From contig JBMYOQ010000009.1 in NCBI GenBank assembly GCA_049599475.1, forward strand, positions 39,829-103,828: a stretch of 64,000 nt of DNA, written 5' to 3'. Source of the stretch: Opitutales bacterium (lineage in GTDB: Bacteria; Verrucomicrobiota; Verrucomicrobiia; Opitutales; JABSRG01). The notes beneath the pieces are model-generated. The model was not told the origin of the DNA. It saw only the letters and a list, made by a program, of their open reading frames with translations, and searched no databases. Shown piece after piece: positions 21,918 through 31,383 of the stretch; the first letter of the stretch is position 1, and every line of letters starts with the position of its first letter. Made by a program: the position numbers and the translations under genes.

Positions 21918-21941
21918 AACGTTCATTTTAAAATGAACGTT
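21918..21941. promoter_or_regulatory. Perfect 24-bp palindrome, probable auto-operator of the GbsR-type regulator
   Basis: AACGTTCATTTTAAAATGAACGTT, 3 bp from the start codon. Confidence 0.75.
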
Positions 21942-21992
21942 TTGAACGCCAGCGCAAGTCTAGAGAATCAATACCTTCAGGTTCAGTCTTTC

Positions 21993-22874
21993 TTAGTGTT
22001 CAACCAAAGCCGCCTCAATCTGGGCTTTGGTGGCTGCATAGACTGGGAGGTTTACCCGAGACAAGAGCTCTTTGGCGGGTTCGATATTATCCAAATGCAT
22101 ATTCACCCGTGCCAAATGCAGGAGCACGGCTTGGGTCTCCACTTCGTTTCGAGCAAGCGGTAGAGCCTGCTCAAAAGCACTTAGGGCAACATGCCACTGT
22201 GGTTTTTCTATATCGTAATAACTCTCCGCATAGCGCAGCTGAATCGGAAAATCTTCGGGTAGGAGAAACGCGGCCTGTCCAAACGCCGTGAGCATATCTC
22301 TATCTAGAGATTCTCGAGTAAAGGATCCGTCTTCAATGAACTGCCAACGATATTGATAGAGAAGCTCTCCCATTTGGAAATGATAACGGGGCTCCTTGGG
22401 TGCTAATGTGACAGCCTGGAGAAACCATGTAAGAGATTCGGTATATAAACCGTTCTCCGCCATGTAGTTCCCAATCTGCTGCTTCACCACGGGCAGGGAG
22501 TTATCCAGGCGATCAGCCATCAAAAACTGTTCAACCGCAGATTCGTTTTGCCCAAAACTTCTCAGAAATTTTCCATACAAGATCCGAGCGTCGACATCTT
22601 CAGGGTTGTCCGCAACATAGCTGAGCCATTCGTTTGAGAGCTGAGTGATCTGCCTCTCCACATCAGGGCTGACAGTGTTGTTCTCATCAGCCGTGCGGGC
22701 CACGCGCTCCATCAAAGACTGCTGTCGCTTCACTATGGATAGCAAACGACGATCCGCCATCGAGCCATCCGGCTTCACATCTTCGAGGCTAGGCTGAGCG
22801 GGCAATGATCCAAAAAGGAACAGGGAAATTGTGAGATATTTAAGCATCTGAACTCTCAAAGACATCGTGGCCAA
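21993..22874 (-). CDS. Tetratricopeptide-repeat exported protein
   Basis: Signal-like N-terminus; TPR-like helices (AVTLAPKEPRYHFQMGELLY). Confidence 0.75.
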   Translation of the reverse strand: MATMSLRVQMLKYLTISLFLFGSLPAQPSLEDVKPDGSMADRRLLSIVKRQQSLMERVARTADENNTVSPDVERQITQLSNEWLSYVADNPEDVDARILYGKFLRSFGQNESAVEQFLMADRLDNSLPVVKQQIGNYMAENGLYTESLTWFLQAVTLAPKEPRYHFQMGELLYQYRWQFIEDGSFTRESLDRDMLTAFGQAAFLLPEDFPIQLRYAESYYDIEKPQWHVALSAFEQALPLARNEVETQAVLLHLARVNMHLDNIEPAKELLSRVNLPVYAATKAQIEAALVEH

Positions 22875-23607
22875 AGACCTGTTTCAATATGGCATCCATA
22901 TCTTCGGCTAAGGGACATTCAATGTATAATTCTTCATCCGTTTTGGGATGATTGAAACGCACGCTGCGCGCGGCTAGCATCAGCCTTTTGCAATCAAAGT
23001 TCTCTCGGAAGAACAAATTGTGTGCGCCATCACCATAGCGCGTGTCGCCGATCAATGGATGATTTTCCCGAGTCAAGTGACGTCGGATCTGGTGAGTCCG
23101 CCCTGTTTTGGGGTAGGCTTTCACCAGGCTATAGCGCGCAGTCTCATATTTGCCAACGGGATGCTGGAGCTCGATCCGCCGCATAGGCTCTACTAGTGTG
23201 AGCGCATCCTGAAGCTTCTGCTCTTTTTCCTTACCAGGCTCAGGGTAGACTTGGTTTTTGTCCAATTCGCTATCGATCTCCATGGGTTCAAGGACCCACC
23301 CACGCACCAGTGCCCAGTATTCCTTGATAGCTGACCGTTCGCTAAGTTGCTGGTAAATGGAGGCAGCTGATTCTTTGCTGAGGGCAAATAGCAAGATGCC
23401 AGAAGTAGGGCGATCCAAGCGATGAATCGGGTAAATGTGCTTCTGCAGCTGATCTCTCACAATCTGGAGCGCTGCGGTGTCGGCATCTTGAGCTAAACTG
23501 CTGCGATGTACCAACAGGCCCGAGGGCTTGTGGACAGCGACAAAAGTCTCGTCTTCGTATAGAATCGGGAGCGCGTCTGGCGGCTCGGTCGGGTTTATAG
23601 GTTCCAA
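22840..23607 (-). CDS. truC: RluA-family pseudouridine synthase (TruC-like)
   Basis: HKPSGLLVHRS, HRLDRPTSG, PKTGRTHQIRRH, HPLIGDTRYGDG.HN. Confidence 0.88.
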   Translation of the reverse strand: MEPINPTEPPDALPILYEDETFVAVHKPSGLLVHRSSLAQDADTAALQIVRDQLQKHIYPIHRLDRPTSGILLFALSKESAASIYQQLSERSAIKEYWALVRGWVLEPMEIDSELDKNQVYPEPGKEKEQKLQDALTLVEPMRRIELQHPVGKYETARYSLVKAYPKTGRTHQIRRHLTRENHPLIGDTRYGDGAHNLFFRENFDCKRLMLAARSVRFNHPKTDEELYIECPLAEDMDAILKQVFGHDVFESSDA

Positions 23608-23616
23608 GGTCGCAGT

Positions 23617-24792
23617 CTAGTAGCGGGCCATACCTGGCTCGATTTCGAGGGCCCAGGCTTCTATGCCGCCAGCCATGTTTGTTACCTTTTCAAGACCACT
23701 TTGCCTCAAGAACTGAGTCACCTGCAGACTCCGCCCTCCGTGATGACATTGGATCACATAGGTTTTGTCCTGAGAAAATTCTCCGACCTTTTCCGGCACC
23801 TCACCCATAGGGATTTTCGCACTACCTGCTATTTGACAAATATCGACTTCGAAGGGCTCACGCACGTCGACGAGCACGACTGAATCGTTCTCGATCCATG
23901 CCTTTGCTGTATGCACGTCGATCTCTAGAGGCGGGTTTTCAATTGAAGCATTCATACCCGAGACGCTTGCCGAGGCTGTTTCGACAGCGCAATTAAATTC
24001 GTAGTCTTCAGCGTCCAAAGACTTCATCCGCGGATTTTTCCCACAAACCGGGCAGTTCGGGTCTTTATGAATATGTAATTTATCAAAGGTCGAACCCCAG
24101 CTATCGATCAGGAGCAGGTCTCCTGTTCCATCATTGGGAGCCGATAACCCCGCGAGATATTTAATCGCCTCGAGAGCTTGAATACTCCCGACCACGCCAC
24201 ACAAAGCCCCTAGGACACCCGCTTCATCACAATTTGGGACAGATCCGGGTTCCGGAGGCTCTGGAAACAGGCACCGGTAACACGGGCCACCAGCATTCGA
24301 GTCAAAAACCGCAACTTGTCCGTCAAACTGAAAGACACTGCCATAAACCAGGGGCTTACCCGAGAGTACCGCAGCGTCATTATTAAGATATCGGGTCGGG
24401 AAATTATCGGTTCCATCCACAATGATATCGTATCGAGAAAAAATGGATAGAGCGTTCTCCACAGTGACACCTTCTCCATGCTCCTCGATTTCAAGATCGG
24501 GGTTTAGAGCCTCCAATCGTCTGCGAGCTGAGACCAGTTTAGGTTCTCCGACACTCGGTGTGTCATGAATAATCTGTCGCTGTAGATTATGCTCCGCCAC
24601 CGTGTCGAAATCCGCTAGGCCAATCCGACCCACACCCGCGGCGGCTAGGTAGAGAGCCACAGGGCTACCCAAGCCCCCAAGTCCAATTACCAAGGCACTC
24701 GACCCCTTCAGGCGCTCCTGTGCTTCAAGCCCAAAACGATTCAATCTCAAATGTCGGCTGAAGCGGGCGAGTTCTTGCGGATTGAGGCTCAT
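23617..24792 (-). CDS. moeB: Molybdopterin-synthase adenylyltransferase with rhodanese domain (MoeB/MoeZ)
   Basis: GLGGLG, NLQRQ, DGTDNFPTRY, PCYRC, CPVC, rhodanese CHHGGRS. Confidence 0.95.
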   Translation of the reverse strand: MSLNPQELARFSRHLRLNRFGLEAQERLKGSSALVIGLGGLGSPVALYLAAAGVGRIGLADFDTVAEHNLQRQIIHDTPSVGEPKLVSARRRLEALNPDLEIEEHGEGVTVENALSIFSRYDIIVDGTDNFPTRYLNNDAAVLSGKPLVYGSVFQFDGQVAVFDSNAGGPCYRCLFPEPPEPGSVPNCDEAGVLGALCGVVGSIQALEAIKYLAGLSAPNDGTGDLLLIDSWGSTFDKLHIHKDPNCPVCGKNPRMKSLDAEDYEFNCAVETASASVSGMNASIENPPLEIDVHTAKAWIENDSVVLVDVREPFEVDICQIAGSAKIPMGEVPEKVGEFSQDKTYVIQCHHGGRSLQVTQFLRQSGLEKVTNMAGGIEAWALEIEPGMARY

Positions 24793-24909
24793 TGTGATTT
24801 GGAAAAAAATCTTTTTCAGTAGCTCAAACGTTTAGATCCAGTTTGTCACGCCAGCTTCCCAAAAGATTTTCATTTAAAGCTTTGGAAATTCCTGCCGCAT
24901 CTCTATGGC

Positions 24910-26001
24910 ATGACGGGTATGTCTAAGAAATTCGTAGTGATTATGGCAGGCGGAAAAGGCGAACGCTTTTGGCCGCAAAGTAGGCTCGCCCGCCCGAAAC
25001 AACTTCTTCCGATTGTCGGAGATAAGGCGATGATCACTCAAACCGTGGAGCGACTACCATCAGACATTCCGGCCGAAAACGTGTTTGTCATCACCAACGT
25101 TGAGCAGCGCGACGCCGTTCTCGAAGTCTGCCCGCAACTTTTACCCGAGCGCGTAATCGGTGAACCGATGGGGCGCGATACCGCAGCAGCCGTAGCCCTC
25201 GCCACCCTCCTCGTGAAACGCGAAGATCCCGAAGCGACCTTCGCCATGCTCCCAGCGGATGCGGCAATCCACGACGCAGACAATTTCGGAAAAGTCATCG
25301 GCGCTTGCTTCAGCGCAGCAGCAGCGAGCCCGGTAATTGCAACGATTGGCATCAGTCCGACCCATCCGGCGACGGGATACGGGTATATCCATCGAGGTGA
25401 CGCTGGCCAATCAAGCGAAGACATGCGGGTTTATTCGGTAAAGCGCTTTGTCGAAAAACCCGATTTGGAGACTGCTAAAACCTACTTGGCTTCCGGCGAA
25501 TACCTTTGGAATGCGGGGATGTTCATCTGGTCGGTGAGCACAATCGAAGGCCTTATCCAAGAATTCACTCCAGAACTCTACGAGCAGGTTCGAGGAATCG
25601 AAGGCGACCTCGATTCTGGCATCGATCTCGATAGCTCAATGGCCGAGCGCTACCCTAAGCTCGAGAAAATCTCCGTAGACTACGCAATCCTCGAAAAAGC
25701 GCCCAACGTCGTTTGCTTGGCCTCGACTTTCGATTGGGACGACGTGGGTGAGTGGACCGCCCTAGAACGCCATTTTCCGCAAGACGAATCAGGCAACACC
25801 CTCCGCGGAGATGCCTTTGTCGAGAATGCCAGCAACAACATCGTCTATGCGAGCGAAGGCCACACGATCTCGCTTCTCGGCGTGGACGATTTGATCGTCG
25901 TGCAAACTCCCGATGCCACGCTCATTTGCAAAAAGGATCAGACGCAAAACATCAAAGCTTTGGTGAAGCGCATCGGAGAGACGCGTTCCGATCTAATGTA
26001 G
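24910..26001 (+). CDS. manC: Mannose-1-phosphate guanylyltransferase
   Basis: MAGGKGERFWPQSR..PKQLL, EP.GRDTA, TGYGYI, FVEKP, WNAGMF, WDDVGEW. Confidence 0.95.
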   Translation: MTGMSKKFVVIMAGGKGERFWPQSRLARPKQLLPIVGDKAMITQTVERLPSDIPAENVFVITNVEQRDAVLEVCPQLLPERVIGEPMGRDTAAAVALATLLVKREDPEATFAMLPADAAIHDADNFGKVIGACFSAAAASPVIATIGISPTHPATGYGYIHRGDAGQSSEDMRVYSVKRFVEKPDLETAKTYLASGEYLWNAGMFIWSVSTIEGLIQEFTPELYEQVRGIEGDLDSGIDLDSSMAERYPKLEKISVDYAILEKAPNVVCLASTFDWDDVGEWTALERHFPQDESGNTLRGDAFVENASNNIVYASEGHTISLLGVDDLIVVQTPDATLICKKDQTQNIKALVKRIGETRSDLM

Positions 26002-26017
26002 GCCGAAGCGCGGCTTC

Positions 26018-26716
26018 CTACTTTTTACGTTTTTTCTTTTTCTGCTGCGGAGCACGTTGCTTACGGTGTTTCCCGGTGCGCACTCCAGGTTGAGGTGGGC
26101 CGCTGGAATACTGCTTTTTTGCCAAAGATTCCCGCGTCGCTTTTACCGACTCTTTGATGGCCTCAATATCAAAATCCTCTTCGAGCAGCCAATCCTCGGA
26201 AGTTGAGAGTGCCTCAGAGGAGTCAGATTCCTTCTGCGTCTCCTCATCCCCTTCATTATCGTTTGTGGGAATCGACGGAATCTGCTTCCACTCTTCCGCG
26301 GATAGCGGTCGCATTCGAATGTTTTGATCTACTGATAACTTTCGTATCTGACCTACGGATATCGTCCGCTTGAAATTATTCAGAAACCATTCTTTTACCT
26401 CAGGTTCGCTCCACATTCCGGAGTCAATTCCATGCTCATAAGGCTTACTGCCTTTGATAGCGGCGAGGAGAGCTTGGCTCTGTTTCTTGGTTAGTGGAGT
26501 ATCCTTCGGTTTACCTCTTCCTTGCCTAGCGACCACTGAATCTCCGCGTTCCTTATGTTCTTTTAAGATATAGTAGGCATACGCACGCGAGACGCCCAAA
26601 TCCTTCGCGATTGCTGCCACCGGTTCACCGGCAGCTTGGCGCTGGATTATCGACTTCTTCCGGCTGACAGATTCAGCATCACTGGGTCGGGCTTTAGATT
26701 TCTTAGAAGCAGGCAT
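26018..26716 (-). CDS. HTH/winged-helix protein resembling an IS630 transposase N-terminus, with no DDE domain
   Basis: IAKDLGVSRAYAY...GRGKP...LT..Q...PYEHG..SGMWS..EV pattern, then an acidic linker and a Lys-rich tail. Confidence 0.7.
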   Translation of the reverse strand: MPASKKSKARPSDAESVSRKKSIIQRQAAGEPVAAIAKDLGVSRAYAYYILKEHKERGDSVVARQGRGKPKDTPLTKKQSQALLAAIKGSKPYEHGIDSGMWSEPEVKEWFLNNFKRTISVGQIRKLSVDQNIRMRPLSAEEWKQIPSIPTNDNEGDEETQKESDSSEALSTSEDWLLEEDFDIEAIKESVKATRESLAKKQYSSGPPQPGVRTGKHRKQRAPQQKKKKRKK

Positions 26717-26737
26717 GATCAAATCTGCAAAGATCCA

Positions 26738-27742
26738 TCAGCCGAAAGAATTTTTTCGGAGATTTCTAAAACTATAGAATGCAGGCTCAAGCCCCTTCAA
26801 TGGAAATGCATCTTTCCGAGGGTCATTCTCGATCTCAGGCGACATAGCTCCAAGAGACCCCAAGGAACACACGAAATCTCGGGAACCCAAGGCAGCTCCT
26901 TTCGTAAAGTAGCCCACCTTCATTCTCAAATATTCGCTCCAGCTCAGACGGCCCCCTTCACTAATTACCTGCGAAACGCGCTCTGGATCGATCATTCCAT
27001 CATCACCACATCTGCTCCCTTTGGAAAGATATCCTTTGCCAAACAATAAGACCCGATAGGCGGCGATTGCACTGTCACGGCTCTTCAAAGAATCGTAGAT
27101 TGAGACCAAACCTTGGATGGCGCCCCGGTCTCCTTCTAAAACTTTCCCATAGCTGCTAAATTGATATTCCCCAGGGTCTTGAACAAGCTGAGCTCTGACC
27201 GGATTCAGATCAATATAGGCTGCAACAGGAGCGGTATACTCGGGCAAATCCTCGACTATGACACTTCGAAAGCGCTCAGACCAAACGGTGCCCTTATTGT
27301 CACGATTTTGATTAAACCAGATAGAGAACCGTTGCTTCAATTCTCCCGTAAAGGCGCTCAGGTTATGCATCCGCGTGTGCAAACGCGTCCGCCATGCGTC
27401 CGCCAACTCGTCATCTTTTTTTAGAATTTCTTCGAGCACATCGCACTGCGGGACAGAAGCCGGACAGGACTCGCCATAAAGGACGCGGAAGCGCTTCAAC
27501 AACTCAGCATCACCAACCTCCCTCGGTTCGGGCACTCGAACGAGGATGTGGAAGTGATTGGTCATCACGCAAAATGCCAAAATCTCAACCCCTGCAAACC
27601 GAGCCTGCTTGCGCATCATCCGAACAAACACAGCCTTCGCGTGATCGTCCAAGATCATCGAGCTCAAAGCCACACGGTTCACCACATGATACACTGCGCT
27701 CTGACCTCTAACTAAAAACCTCTGCCTCACTCTATGATTCAT
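26738..27742 (-). CDS. REP-associated tyrosine transposase (RAYT / Y1 HUH nuclease)
   Basis: YHVVNR, AFCVMTNHFHILV (HUH), GTVWSERFRS, AYIDLNPVRA (catalytic Tyr), YQFSSY. Confidence 0.92.
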   Translation of the reverse strand: MNHRVRQRFLVRGQSAVYHVVNRVALSSMILDDHAKAVFVRMMRKQARFAGVEILAFCVMTNHFHILVRVPEPREVGDAELLKRFRVLYGESCPASVPQCDVLEEILKKDDELADAWRTRLHTRMHNLSAFTGELKQRFSIWFNQNRDNKGTVWSERFRSVIVEDLPEYTAPVAAYIDLNPVRAQLVQDPGEYQFSSYGKVLEGDRGAIQGLVSIYDSLKSRDSAIAAYRVLLFGKGYLSKGSRCGDDGMIDPERVSQVISEGGRLSWSEYLRMKVGYFTKGAALGSRDFVCSLGSLGAMSPEIENDPRKDAFPLKGLEPAFYSFRNLRKNSFG

Positions 27743-27771
27743 AAAACTGGAGAATTTCTAAAACCAAAAAT

Positions 27772-27801
27772 TATTCAATAATAAATACACTGTGTATTTA
27801 T
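27772..27801. repeat. AT-rich REP-like palindrome (copy 2) upstream of RAYT
   Basis: TATTCAATA-ATAAATAC-ACTGT-GTATTTAT, 30-60 bp upstream of the RAYT start. Confidence 0.7.
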
Positions 27802-27840
27802 ATATATCTTAATCGATGATAGCTTTTGTTTTCTTATTTC

Positions 27841-28758
27841 TTAGCTTTCGGCGCTTACCTTCTGTTCGTTTAGCTTGGTGCGACCCGTTACGATGAGTTC
27901 GGTGATGTGTTTGTAGTCGTCTAGGACACCTGTAATTATGTCCGGGTCACGGCTTAGAATGGCTGGGAGGCCTTGAGATACTAGTCTGCCTGCTAGGACA
28001 GTGTGCCTTACTTCGGCGTCGAAAATTCCGGCATCATCCGCTACGAGGCGTTTGCTAGCGAATCGCTTGATCATGATTTCCAGGCGCTGCTTGGGCGCCG
28101 CGAAATTTACCCCTGTTTTGACTCCATTGAGAATAACTCCGCGAATTTCCGCCAAGCTCGCACCCATTGAGTTTCGGTGAGTCTCAGAATCCATGCAAAA
28201 GAGCAGGAATTTGTTCACGAGTAAGTGAAAACCAATAATGCTGAGAGCATCGGGATTGGCCGGCGCGTAAATATCGTCTGATGCGTATAAAGCACATTGC
28301 GTCGTTTTGAACATGTTGGGCGGACAATCGAAGAAGATGTAGTCATACTGCGGCTCCACACTCACGACTTGCTCATAAAAACGGGCGTAACAAGGATTGC
28401 TTGGATCATCTTCCACCTCGTGTTCGATATCCATGAGGCTAAAAGACGCTGGCAAAATATCTAAACCGGGTAGCGCAGACTCACCTTCGGCATTCAAAAC
28501 GGCGTCTTCGTAAATGGCATGAATGGCCGGCACCCCATTGGGTCGAAGCACACTGAGCAGTGTCTGATCCGAGCGCTCGGTCTGGAGATCATTCCAACGA
28601 TCCAGCTTTAGGAGCCATATTGAGGAGTTTGACTGCGGATCACAATCGACTATCAACACGCGCTTTCCTTGTTTTGCCAAGATCGCAGCAACGTTGACAA
28701 CTATCGATGTCTTACCGACACCTCCTTTAAAATTGAGAAAACTGATTTTTCTAGCCAT
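27841..28758 (-). CDS. ParA/Soj-family ATPase (orphan)
   Basis: Deviant Walker A NFKGGVGKT, VLIVDCDPQSNSS, YDYIFFDCPP. Confidence 0.92.
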   Translation of the reverse strand: MARKISFLNFKGGVGKTSIVVNVAAILAKQGKRVLIVDCDPQSNSSIWLLKLDRWNDLQTERSDQTLLSVLRPNGVPAIHAIYEDAVLNAEGESALPGLDILPASFSLMDIEHEVEDDPSNPCYARFYEQVVSVEPQYDYIFFDCPPNMFKTTQCALYASDDIYAPANPDALSIIGFHLLVNKFLLFCMDSETHRNSMGASLAEIRGVILNGVKTGVNFAAPKQRLEIMIKRFASKRLVADDAGIFDAEVRHTVLAGRLVSQGLPAILSRDPDIITGVLDDYKHITELIVTGRTKLNEQKVSAES

Positions 28759-28872
28759 GACAGATCAAAATTTGAGACGGTGAACCCTGAGACTAGAAAA
28801 TCGGGATTTCTGACCTGAGCTTGAGGTCGTTTGGCGTTTTGACATTTTTTAGCATAACACTCCATTGAGAAC

Positions 28873-29508
28873 ATGAACGATCGATACATCCGCGCTAAAG
28901 AACGTTGGGCCGCAAAAGCCAACGAACGACGCCGCAAACGCGAACCGGGAGAGCCCGGGCGCCTTCCGCCAGGACAGCGTTTGACTCAGGATTTTCCCGT
29001 CCTAGATCTTGGTATCCGCCCCGAATTCGATCCCAATTCATGGACTTTGACAATCGATGGTAAAGTCGGGCAGCCAACTACCTATTCATGGCAGTCCTTC
29101 AATGAGCTTCCCACGACTGAAGATGTCGCCGATATGCATTGTGTGACCACGTGGAGCAAATTCGACTGCCGGTGGGGAGGTGTCCCGTTTACCGAGGTTT
29201 ATGAACGCGTTCAACCCATCGAGTCCGCCAAATTTGTCTTTTTTCGAGGATTCGACGGCTACACGGTGAACGTGCCCCTAGAGCACTTGCTAGACGACGA
29301 TGTCCTCCTGGCCACTCACTTTGATGGAGAGCCCCTCACTGCGGATCATGGCTTCCCCGTGCGCGTCATCATCCCCAAGCTATACGCTTGGAAGGGAGCA
29401 AAATTCCTAAAATCCATCACTTTCCTGGAGCAAGACCTTCTCGGTTTTTGGGAGCTAAGGGGATACTCCAACACGGCCGATCCGTTCACGGAGGATCGTT
29501 TTGCGTAA
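28873..29508 (+). CDS. Sulfite-oxidase-family molybdopterin oxidoreductase (YuiH-like, no Tat signal)
   Basis: RLPPGQ..FPVL, DMHCVTTWS, HGFPVR..PKLYAWKGAK, GFWE.RGY. Confidence 0.92.
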   Translation: MNDRYIRAKERWAAKANERRRKREPGEPGRLPPGQRLTQDFPVLDLGIRPEFDPNSWTLTIDGKVGQPTTYSWQSFNELPTTEDVADMHCVTTWSKFDCRWGGVPFTEVYERVQPIESAKFVFFRGFDGYTVNVPLEHLLDDDVLLATHFDGEPLTADHGFPVRVIIPKLYAWKGAKFLKSITFLEQDLLGFWELRGYSNTADPFTEDRFA

Positions 29509-29737
29509 ACGCTTTTGGCTACGCGTCGTCGTCTTCCCAGCCCTATTCGCCCTGATCAACGGCGCGGGCATCGGGTTTATTTACGTGCTCAAGGCTCTCG
29601 GCGTAATGAATTTTCAGTTGGAAGGCTTGGCCTGGTTCGCCTGGGCTTATCCGATCACCATATTTTTTGTGCTCTCGATATTTTCTATCCTGAAACTACG
29701 CGCGGAAGAGAAAAACAGCCTCGAAGACTTTAAATGA
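29501..29737 (+). CDS. Small two-TM membrane protein
   Basis: Two hydrophobic helices; overlaps the upstream stop codon. Confidence 0.55.
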   Translation: MRKRFWLRVVVFPALFALINGAGIGFIYVLKALGVMNFQLEGLAWFAWAYPITIFFVLSIFSILKLRAEEKNSLEDFK

Positions 29738-29841
29738 GCTAAACAAAGCAGGCGTTTAATTCTATTTATATTGCCCGTTTATTAGGATTCCGTTCCACTT
29801 TCCCCGCCTAGTAATCGGTCTCCTTTCCACAACACCCATTC

Positions 29842-30231
29842 ATGTATCAGGTAACTTTCAGCGAGCAAAGCCTCAGCGAACTCAACAAACTCGACCAACT
29901 CAAGCAGCTCGAGTTGGCGGACTTGATTGGAAACCTGACTCCAGCTTCTCTCGAAAACCCCACCGAGAAAATTGGGGTATTCAATCGCGATGGGAAGCGC
30001 CTTTTCCGCATACGGGCAGGCGAATATCGAATCTATTTTGTGGTGCACAGTGAAGATGTCATTTTCTGCGAAGTCATCCTTCCGCAACACTCCCTCACCG
30101 ATTTTATCTTCCGCACCAAATTGCCCCTCTCAGAAGATGAAATCGTCGAGCAGCACTCCTCCTTCTGGTCTTATCTAGATCGATTACGCAAAGGGGACAA
30201 AACGACGGCTGGCAAACAATCGACTAAATAA
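29842..30231 (+). CDS. RelE/ParE-like protein (no antitoxin gene seen)
   Basis: YQVTFSEQSLSELNKL...LFRIRAGEYRIYF. Confidence 0.8.
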   Translation: MYQVTFSEQSLSELNKLDQLKQLELADLIGNLTPASLENPTEKIGVFNRDGKRLFRIRAGEYRIYFVVHSEDVIFCEVILPQHSLTDFIFRTKLPLSEDEIVEQHSSFWSYLDRLRKGDKTTAGKQSTK

Positions 30232-30258
30232 GCTCTCGAAGCTTCCGAAACGTTCTTC

Positions 30259-31167
30259 GTGTCCGACGAATCCGAAAACCCGACTCCTCCAGCAGAGCAA
30301 GCTTCCAAGAAGGTCTACAAAACATCCGAAGAGGCCAGCCGGATCTACCTGTTGCCCAACAGCATGACCGCGGGAAATCTCTTCTTTGGATTCCTCGCAA
30401 TCATTCTCTGCATTAAGGCAAATTTCGATCCCGAGCCCGCGATCACCAAAGAGCTCTACATCAAAGCGGTTTGGTGCATCTTGGCCGCGGTGGTCTGTGA
30501 CGCCCTGGACGGTCGACTCGCTCGACTCGGTGGAAAAGAATCTCTCTTCGGGGCCGAATTCGACTCGATTGCCGACACCGTATCCTTCGGCCTGGCTCCC
30601 GCGCTGCTGGTATTTTTCCTCATCCTCTCTCCGGAAAACCACCCTTTCTTCGCCCGCATCGGCTGGATCATCGGCTTTATCTACCTACTATGCGCTGCTG
30701 TGCGCTTGGCTCGATTCAATGTGATTACGAGCCCGTTGCTCCCCCCGCACGAAAAGCTCAAAAATAGCAAAGATTTCCTCGGCCTGCCAGTTCCCGCTGC
30801 AGCGGGCCTGATAGCGAGCCTGGTATTCGTCATTACCAACTACGACCTCAAAGGATGGGCCCTGGGCCTGCCCTTTTTGATGCTGTTGATTGCATTCCTC
30901 ATGGTGAGCAATGTGCAATATCCCAGCTTCAAAAATATCGATTGGCACACCCAGCTACGCCTCAGGACCTTTATTGGCGGCTTCGTCTTCATTGTGGCCC
31001 TATTTCACTTCTATGAGATCGCATTCTCCATCGTATTCATGGCTTACATCATTGGCGGTGCCGTGAACCACGCTCTGAGATTGCGCAGAGCTAGCCAATT
31101 TAAAGCCCGCGGTCATAAAAATGAAACCATCGGAACATCTTCGGAACAAAGTGGGAACAAATTCTGA
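30259..31167 (+). CDS. pssA: CDP-diacylglycerol--serine O-phosphatidyltransferase
   Basis: LLPNSMTAGNL, DALDGRLAR...FGAEFDSIADTVSFG, RLARFN, FLGLPVP, LMVS. Confidence 0.93.
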   Translation: MSDESENPTPPAEQASKKVYKTSEEASRIYLLPNSMTAGNLFFGFLAIILCIKANFDPEPAITKELYIKAVWCILAAVVCDALDGRLARLGGKESLFGAEFDSIADTVSFGLAPALLVFFLILSPENHPFFARIGWIIGFIYLLCAAVRLARFNVITSPLLPPHEKLKNSKDFLGLPVPAAAGLIASLVFVITNYDLKGWALGLPFLMLLIAFLMVSNVQYPSFKNIDWHTQLRLRTFIGGFVFIVALFHFYEIAFSIVFMAYIIGGAVNHALRLRRASQFKARGHKNETIGTSSEQSGNKF

Positions 31168-31383
31168 ACAAATGAAAAGATATTCCCAGTGGCGAATAAG
31201 CCATGCTTTATCCTTAGATTTTCCCAGATTCATTCGTTACGTAAGTGACTTGTAATAATGGACTAAGCTAGTAATCCTTATTATTCACACCCTATAAGAA
31301 TATGACTTACTTTTATTTAAAGAATATAGGAATATATTCTAGTTGCCAGTAAGTGACCCGCTTCCCAAGATTCTGCCCGAAAT
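31168..31383. other. Candidate chromosomal replication origin (oriC)
   Basis: AT-rich spacer upstream of dnaN; DnaA box TTATTCACA at 31281-31289, then CCC and an AT-rich tract; GC skew flips nearby. Confidence 0.6.

Noticed and set aside
23617..24792. ThiF/ubiquitin-like anti-phage or RiPP system
   Set aside because: MoeB-rhodanese with MoaD and MoaE is fully explained by molybdopterin synthesis; no E2, JAB or cyclase gene nearby.
26018..26716. Active IS630 element
   Set aside because: No DDE domain in frame or in an adjacent ORF and no terminal inverted repeats seen.
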